Shown here: in pieces, positions 1-4,626 of the stretch
How positions within the stretch are numbered: position 1 is the first letter of the stretch
Layout of the letters: every line of letters begins with the position of its first letter
Virus record (IMG/VR): IMGVR_UViG_2693429733_000016
Source of the DNA: a virus
Taxonomy: Duplodnaviria; Heunggongvirae; Uroviricota; Caudoviricetes
Length of the DNA: 4,626 nt
Strand: one strand, 5' to 3'
The notes under the pieces: generated by a model
Seen by the model: the letters and a program-made list of their open reading frames with translations, nothing else
The model's database searches: none
What the model was told of the DNA's origin: nothing
Made by a program: the position numbers and the translations under genes

Positions 1-2
1 TG

Positions 3-197
3 CTGGCCAACACCTGCACCTGGACCTATCGCGGTGATGAGTGCGGTTATCACGGTCCGGCAGTCGCGGATGAATATGACCAGCCGACGTCCGATATCAC
101 GAAGGATAAGTGCAGCAAATGCCTGAGTGGTTGCAAGTTCCGCAATAACGTCGGCAATTTTGGCGGCTACCTTTCCATTAACAAACTTTCGCAGTAA
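3..197 (+). CDS. L: Tail tip protein L, C-terminal 64 codons (5' end lies upstream of the window)
   Basis: Open frame from window start to TAA at 195-197, translating to LANTCTWTYRGDECGYHGPAVADEYDQPTSDITKDKCSKCLSGCKFRNNVGNFGGYLSINKLSQ*. From memory this matches the C-terminus of lambda gpL, including the cysteine-rich tail. It lies immediately upstream of K, as in lambda. Not reported by the ORF track because the start is outside the window. Confidence 0.8.
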   Translation: MANTCTWTYRGDECGYHGPAVADEYDQPTSDITKDKCSKCLSGCKFRNNVGNFGGYLSINKLSQ

Positions 198-202
198 ATC
201 CC

Positions 203-946
203 ATGACAGAGACAGAATCAGCGATTCTGGCGCACGCCCGGCGATGTGCGCCAGCGGAGTCGTGCGGCTTCGTGGTGAGAACGCCGGAAGGGGAAAGATA
301 TTTTCCCTGCGTGAATATCTCCGGTGAGCCGGAGGCGTATTTCCGGATGTCGCCGGAGGACTGGCTGCGGGCAGAGATGCAGGGTGAGATTGTGGCGCTG
401 GTCCACAGCCACCCCGGTGGTCTGCCCTGGCTGAGTGAGGCCGACCGGCGGCTGCAGGTGCAGAGTGATTTGCCGTGGTGGCTGGTCTGCCGGGGGGCGA
501 TTCACAAGTTCCGCTGTGTGCCACATCTTACCGGGCGGCGCTTTGAGCACGGGGTGACGGACTGTTACACGCTGTTCCGGGATGCTTATCATCTGGCGGG
601 GATTGAGATGCCGGATTTTCATCGCGGGGATGACTGGTGGCGTCACGGTCAGAATCTCTATCTGGATAATCTGGAGGCCACAGGGCTGTATCAGGTGCCG
701 TTGTCAGCGGCGCAGCCGGGCGATGTGCTGCTGTGCTGTTTTGGTTCATCGGTGCCGAATCATGCCGCCATTTACTGTGGTGACGGTGAGCTGCTGCACC
801 ATATTCCTGAACAACTGAGCAAACGAGAGAGGTATACCGACAAATGGCAGCGACGCACACACTCCCTCTGGCGTCACCGGGCATGGCACGCATCTGCCTT
901 TACGGGGATTTGCAACGATTTGGCCGCCGCATCGACCTTCGTGTGA
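203..946 (+). CDS. K: Tail tip assembly protein K with two peptidase-like domains (N-terminal JAMM/MPN, C-terminal NlpC/P60); classical 199-aa form would start at the internal ATG 347
   Basis: 247-codon ORF starting 5 nt after the L stop. It contains a complete JAMM motif H68-x-H70-x7-S78-x2-D81 (HSHPGGLPWLSEAD) with an upstream E-x-C-G element (AESCGFVV) typical of prokaryotic JAB/MPN domains, followed by an NlpC/P60-like Cys (TDCY, codon 121, nt 563-565) and downstream His residues (NHAAIY, LLHH). Near-identical to lambda gpK as I recall it. The internal ATG at 347-349 is preceded by GGAGG (333-337) and gives exactly 199 codons. Confidence 0.85.
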   Translation: MTETESAILAHARRCAPAESCGFVVRTPEGERYFPCVNISGEPEAYFRMSPEDWLRAEMQGEIVALVHSHPGGLPWLSEADRRLQVQSDLPWWLVCRGAIHKFRCVPHLTGRRFEHGVTDCYTLFRDAYHLAGIEMPDFHRGDDWWRHGQNLYLDNLEATGLYQVPLSAAQPGDVLLCCFGSSVPNHAAIYCGDGELLHHIPEQLSKRERYTDKWQRRTHSLWRHRAWHASAFTGICNDLAAASTFV

Positions 947-1515
947 AAACGGGTGCCGAAGCCATCCGGGCGATGGCCACACAGCTCCCTGCGTTTCGTC
1001 AGAAGCTGAGCGACGGCTGGTATCAGGTGCGTATTGCCGGGCAGGATGTTAGCACGTCCGGATTAACGGCGCAGTTACATGAGGCTCTGCCTGACGGCGC
1101 TGTGATTCATATTGTTCCCAGAGTCGCCGGGGCCAAGTCAGGTGGTGTATTCCAGATTGTCCTGGGAGCAGCCGCCATTGCCGGATCATTCTTTACCGCC
1201 GGAGCCACCCTTGCAGCATGGGGGGCTGCCATTGGTGCCGGTGGTATGACCGGCATTCTGTTTTCTCTCGGTGCCAGTATGGTGCTCGGCGGTGTGGCTC
1301 AGATGCTGGCACCGAAAGCCAGAACTCCCCGCACACAGACAACGGATAACGGTAAGCAGAACACCTATTTCTCCTCACTGGATAACATGGTTGCCCAGGG
1401 CAATGTTCTGCCCGTTCTGTACGGTGAAATGCGCGTGGGGTCGCGGGTGGTCTCTCAGGAGATCAGCACGGCAGACGAAGGGGATGGTGGTCAGGTTGTG
1501 GTGATTGGTCGCTGA
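844..1515 (+). CDS. I: Tail tip assembly protein I (N-terminal ubiquitin-like region plus Gly/Ala-rich hydrophobic segment)
   Basis: 223-codon ORF MAATHTLPLASPGMARICLYGDLQRFGRRIDLRVKTGAEAIRAMATQLPAFRQKLSDGWYQVRIAG...GGQVVVIGR*, essentially the lambda gpI sequence as I recall it. Start overlaps the end of K by 103 nt in another frame. Purine-rich GAGAGAGG at 825-832 lies upstream of the ATG. Confidence 0.9.
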   Translation: MAATHTLPLASPGMARICLYGDLQRFGRRIDLRVKTGAEAIRAMATQLPAFRQKLSDGWYQVRIAGQDVSTSGLTAQLHEALPDGAVIHIVPRVAGAKSGGVFQIVLGAAAIAGSFFTAGATLAAWGAAIGAGGMTGILFSLGASMVLGGVAQMLAPKARTPRTQTTDNGKQNTYFSSLDNMVAQGNVLPVLYGEMRVGSRVVSQEISTADEGDGGQVVVIGR

Positions 1516-1532
1516 TGAAAAACGTTTATGTG

Positions 1533-1552
1533 AAACCGCCTCCGGGCGGTTT
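1533..1552 (+). promoter_or_regulatory. Perfect 8-bp stem / 4-nt loop hairpin (AAACCGCC-TCCG-GGCGGTTT) followed by a T-rich tract, in the I-J spacer; a possible RNA structure or weak intrinsic-terminator-like element
   Basis: Inverted repeat read directly. The second copy at 2405-2424 (AAATCGCC-TCCG-GGCGGTTT) keeps the pairing through a G-U wobble. The function is an inference. Confidence 0.4.
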
Positions 1553-1574
1553 TGTCGTTTATGGAGCGTGAGGA

Positions 1575-1861
1575 ATGGGTAAAGGCAGCAGTAAGGGGCA
1601 TACTCCGCGCGAAGCGAAGGACAACCTGAAGTCCACGCAGTTGCTGAGTGTGATCGATGCCATCAGCGAAGGGCCGATTGAAGGTCCGGTGGATGGATTA
1701 AAAAGCGTGCTGCTGAACAGTACGCCAGTGCTGGACAGTGAGGGGAATACCAACATCTCCGGCGTCACGGTGGTGTTCCGGGCCGGTGAGCAGGAGCAGA
1801 CACCGCCGGAGGGATTTGAATCCTCCGGCTCCGAGACGGTGCTGGGTACGGAAGTGAAATA
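1575..1861 (+). CDS. J: Host specificity protein J / central tail fibre, 5' fragment (codons 1-~95), cut off at the N-containing junction at 1862
   Basis: ATG at 1575 preceded by GGAG (1563-1566). Translation MGKGSSKGHTPREAKDNLKSTQLLSVIDAISEGPIEGPVDGLKSVLLNSTPVLDSEGNTNISGVTVVFRAGEQEQTPPEGFESSGSETVLGTEVK matches the lambda gpJ N-terminus. After nt 1861 the sequence switches to internal I sequence, so the track ORF 1575-1880 ends in out-of-frame junk. Confidence 0.85.
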
Positions 1862-1862
1862 N

Positions 1863-2386
1863 CGTTTCGTCAGAAGCTGAGCGACGGCTGGTATCAGGTG
1901 CGTATTGCCGGGCAGGATGTTAGCACGTCCGGATTAACGGCGCAGTTACATGAGGCTCTGCCTGACGGCGCTGTGATTCATATTGTTCCCAGAGTCGCCG
2001 GGGCCAAGTCAGGTGGTGTATTCCAGATTGTCCTGGGAGCAGCCGCCATTGCCGGATCATTCTTTACCGCCGGAGCCACCCTTGCAGCATGGGGGGCTGC
2101 CATTGGTGCCGGTGGTATGACCGGCATTCTGTTTTCTCTCGGTGCCAGTATGGTGCTCGGCGGTGTGGCTCAGATGCTGGCACCGAAAGCCAGAACTCCC
2201 CGCACACAGACAACGGATAACGGTAAGCAGAACACCTATTTCTCCTCACTGGATAACATGGTTGCCCAGGGCAATGTTATGCCTGTTCTGTATGGTGAAA
2301 TGCGCGTGGGGTCACGTGTGGTATCTCAGGAGATCAGCACGGCAGACGAAGGGGACGGTGGTCAGGTTGTGGTGATTGGTCGCTGA
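1863..2386 (+). CDS. I: Tail tip assembly protein I, 3' fragment of a second allele (5' 148 nt missing at the junction); corresponds to gpI codons ~50-223
   Basis: In-frame translation ...RQKLSDGWYQVRIAGQDVSTSGLTAQLHEALPDGAVIHIVPRVAGAKSGG...NVMPVLYGEMRVGSRVVSQEISTADEGDGGQVVVIGR* ending at TGA 2384-2386. It differs from copy 1 by one conservative change (L to M) and about six synonymous substitutions. The track ORF 1898-2386 is just the first internal Met of this fragment. Confidence 0.8.
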
Positions 2387-2446
2387 TGCAAAATGTTTTA
2401 TGTGAAATCGCCTCCGGGCGGTTTTATCGTTTATGGAGCATGACGA

Positions 2447-2836
2447 ATGGGTAAAGGCAGCAGTAAGGGGCATACCCCGCGCGAAGCGAAGGACAACCTG
2501 AAGTCCACGCAGTTGCTGAGTGTGATCGATGCCATCAGCGAAGGGCCGGTTGAAGGTCCGGTGGATGGATTAAAAAGCGTGCTGCTGAACAGTACGCCGG
2601 TGCTGGACAGTGAGGGGAATACCAACATCTCCGGCGTCACGGTGGTGTTCCGGGCAGGTGAGCAGGAGCAGTCACCGCCGGAGGGATTTGAATCCTCCGG
2701 CTCCGAGACGGTGCTGGGTACGGAAGTGAAATACGACACGCCGATCACCCGCGCCATCACGTCGGCAAACATCGACCGACTGCGCTTTACCTTCGGTGTG
2801 CAGGCACTGGTGGAAACCACCTCAAAGGGGGACCGG
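2447..2836 (+). CDS. J: Host specificity protein J, 5' fragment of the second allele (codons 1-130), running into the N gap
   Basis: ATG 2447 with GGAG upstream. Translation MGKGSSKGHTPREAKDNLKSTQLLSVIDAISEGPVEGPVDGLKSVLLNSTPVLDSEGNTNISGVTVVFRAGEQEQSPPEGFESSGSETVLGTEVKYDTPITRAITSANIDRLRFTFGVQALVETTSKGDR. Differs from copy 1 at I34V and T76S plus synonymous sites. Not in the ORF track because it ends in Ns. Confidence 0.85.
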
Positions 2837-2857
2837 NNNNNNNNNNNNNNNNNNNNN
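2837..2857. other. Run of 21 N: assembly or scaffold gap
   Basis: Literal n characters in the sequence. A single n also occurs at 1862. Confidence 0.99.
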
Positions 2858-2872
2858 TGGTCTGTGGTGCTG

Positions 2873-4626
2873 TCCGGCGTCACGGTGGTGTTCCGGGCCG
2901 GTGAGCAGGAGCAGACACCGCCGGAGGGATTTGAATCCTCCGGCTCCGAGACGGTGCTGGGTACGGAAGTGAAATATGACACGCCGATCACCCGGACCAT
3001 CACGTCGGCAAACATTGACCGACTGCGTTTTACCTTCGGTGTACAGGCACTGGTGGAAACCACCTCAAAGGGAGACAGGAATCCGTCTGAAGTTCGCCTG
3101 CTGGTTCAGATACAGCGTAACGGTGGCTGGGTGACGGAAAAAGACATCACCATTAAGGGCAAAACCACCTCGCAGTATCTGGCCTCGGTGGTGGTGGATA
3201 ACCTGCCGCCGCGCCCGTTTAATATCCGGATGCGCAGAATGACGCCGGACAGCACCACAGACCAGCTGCAGAACAAAACGCTCTGGTCGTCATACACCGA
3301 AATCATCGATGTGAAACAGTGCTACCCGAACACGGCACTGGTCGGCGTACAGGTGGATTCGGAGCAGTTCGGCAGCCAGCAGGTGAGCCGTAATTATCAT
3401 CTTCGCGGGCGCATTCTGCAGGTGCCGTCGAACTATAATCCGCAGACGCGGCAATACAGCGGTATCTGGGACGGAACGTTAAAACCGGCATACAGCAACA
3501 ACATGGCCTGGTGTCTGTGGGATATGCTGACCCATCCGCGCTATGGCATGGGGAAACGTCTTGGTGCGGCAGATGTGGATAAATGGGCGCTGTATGTCAT
3601 CGGCCAGTACTGCGACCAGTCGGTGCCGGATGGCTTTGGCGGCACGGAGCCGCGCATCATCTGTAACGCTTACCTGACCACACAGCGCAAGGCGTGGGAT
3701 GTGCTCAGTGATTTCTGCTCGGCGATGCGCTGTATGCCGGTATGGAACGGGCAGACGCTGACGTTCGTGCAGGACCGGCCATCAGATAAGGTGTGGACCT
3801 ATAACCGCAGTAATGTGGTGATGCCGGATGATGGCGCGCCGTTCCGCTACAGTTTCAGCGCCCTGAAAGACCGCCATAATGCCGTTGAGGTGAACTGGAT
3901 TGACCCGGATAACGGCTGGGAGACGGCGACAGAGCTTGTGGAGGATACGCAGGCCATTGCCCGTTACGGTCGTAACGTCACGAAAATGGATGCCTTTGGC
4001 TGTACCAGCCGGGGGCAGGCACATCGCGCCGGGCTGTGGCTGATTAAAACAGAACTGCTGGAAACGCAGACCGTGGACTTCAGCGTGGGCGCAGAAGGGC
4101 TTCGCCATGTGCCGGGCGATGTCATTGAAATCTGTGATGATGACTATGCCGGTATCAGCATCGGCGGGCGCGTGCTGGCGGTAAACAGCCAGACCCGGAC
4201 GCTGACGCTCGACCGTGAAATCACGCTGCCATCCTCCGGTACCACGCTGATAAGCCTGGTTGACGGAAGTGGCAATCCGATCAGCGTGGAGGTTCAGTCC
4301 GTCACCGACGGCGTGAAGGTGAAAGTGAGCCGTGTTCCTGACGGTGTTGCTGAATACAGCGTGTGGGGGCTGAAGCTGCCGACGCTGCGCCAGCGCCTGT
4401 TCCGCTGCGTGAGTATCCGTGAGAACGACGACGGCACGTATGCCATCACCGCCGTGCAGCATGTGCCGGAAAAAGAAGCCATCGTGGATAACGGGGCGCA
4501 CTTTGACGGCGACCAGAGCGGCACGGTGAATGGTGTCACGCCGCCAGCGGTGCAGCACCTGACTGCCGAAGTCACCGCAGACAGCGGGGAATATCAGGTG
4601 CTGGCGCGCTGGGACACGCCGAAGGT
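2873..4626 (+). CDS. J: Host specificity protein J / central tail fibre, main body (about codons 62-645), continuing past the window end; same allele as the 1575-1861 fragment
   Basis: Continuous open frame (codon phase 2873, 2876, ...) to the window edge. Translation SGVTVVFRAGEQEQTPPEGFESSGSETVLGTEVKYDTPITRTITSANIDRLRFTFGVQALVETTSKGDRNPSEVRLLVQIQRNGGWVTEKDITIKGKTTSQYLASVVVDNLPPRPFNIRMRRMTPDSTTDQLQNKTLWSSYTEIIDVKQCYPNTALVGVQVDSEQFGSQQVSRNYHLRGRILQVPSNYNPQTRQYSGIWDGTLKPAYSNNMAWCLWDMLTHPRYGMGKRLGAADVDKWALYVIGQYCDQSVPDGFGGTEPR... matches lambda gpJ. Nt 2873-2976 are identical to 1758-1861. Missed by the ORF track because there is no in-window start or stop. Confidence 0.9.

Larger units (their letters stand above)
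992..2836. repeat. Tandem direct repeat: block 992-1861 (3' I + spacer + 5' J) recurs at 1863-2836 as a slightly divergent allele; the second copy extends further into J
   Basis: Direct comparison by eye. The first ~410 nt of the two copies look identical (992-~1405 vs 1863-~2276). After that I count about 20 substitutions and one 1-nt indel. A single N sits at the joint (1862). Confidence 0.9.

Noticed and set aside
218-982. Minus-strand ORFs 218-646, 528-893, 746-982 and the plus-strand out-of-frame ORFs 127-327 and 582-818
   Set aside because: All are antisense or alternative-frame shadows inside L, K and I. None has a motif or plausible start context, and the K and I frames are strongly supported by homology.
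1193-2375. Paired small ORFs 1193-1378(-) / 2064-2249(-) and 1271-1504(+) / 2142-2375(+)
   Set aside because: They are duplicated only because they sit inside the duplicated I segment, in the wrong frame or strand. They are not independent genes.
992-2976. Diversity-generating retroelement (template/variable repeat pair) as an explanation for the near-identical repeats
   Set aside because: Differences between the copies are not adenine-specific and are mostly synonymous third-position changes spread across I, the spacer and J. No reverse transcriptase gene is present. Two paralogous alleles explain the pattern better.
2431-3063. 210-aa minus-strand ORF containing a run of X
   Set aside because: It reads through the N gap and is antisense to the duplicated J 5' regions. 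It is an artefact of the gap and the repeat.
3106-3491. Minus-strand ORFs 3106-3306 and 3303-3491
   Set aside because: Antisense to J, short, with no supporting signals.
3782-4558. 258-aa minus-strand ORF (and the overlapping 93-aa ORF 4294-4575)
   Set aside because: It lies entirely antisense to the well-supported J reading frame. Long antisense ORFs are expected in GC-rich coding DNA, and the translation is Arg/His/Ala-rich low-complexity sequence with no recognisable motif.
1-4626. A novel defence or accessory system hidden in the window
   Set aside because: Every stretch of the window is accounted for by L, K, I and J or their duplicated fragments. There are no unexplained ORFs, no short spaced repeats that would suggest CRISPR, and no moron-like insert with different composition. 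The unusual features are structural, most likely from assembly.

Overview
The window is the tail-tip assembly module of a lambda-like (lambdoid) siphovirus or prophage, most likely in an enterobacterial host, read on the + strand: the 3' end of L, then K, I, and the 5' ~60% of J (central tail fibre / host specificity protein). I recognise these by recalled similarity to phage lambda gpL, gpK, gpI and gpJ; spacing and the 103-nt K/I overlap also match lambda. I do not see a novel or undescribed system: all coding capacity is accounted for by these genes. What is unusual is structural. A block covering the 3' part of I, the I-J spacer and the 5' end of J occurs twice in tandem (992-1861 and 1863-2836) as two slightly different alleles, with a single N at the joint. 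It is followed by a 21-N gap and a chimeric junction where a 25-nt inverted piece of downstream J is fused to J codon ~62. The most economical explanation is a scaffold misjoin across paralogous lambdoid prophages, not biology, but a real partial duplication that breaks J cannot be excluded from sequence alone. The six-frame track misses the main J body because it is open-ended at the window edge. All minus-strand ORFs are antisense shadows of these genes.
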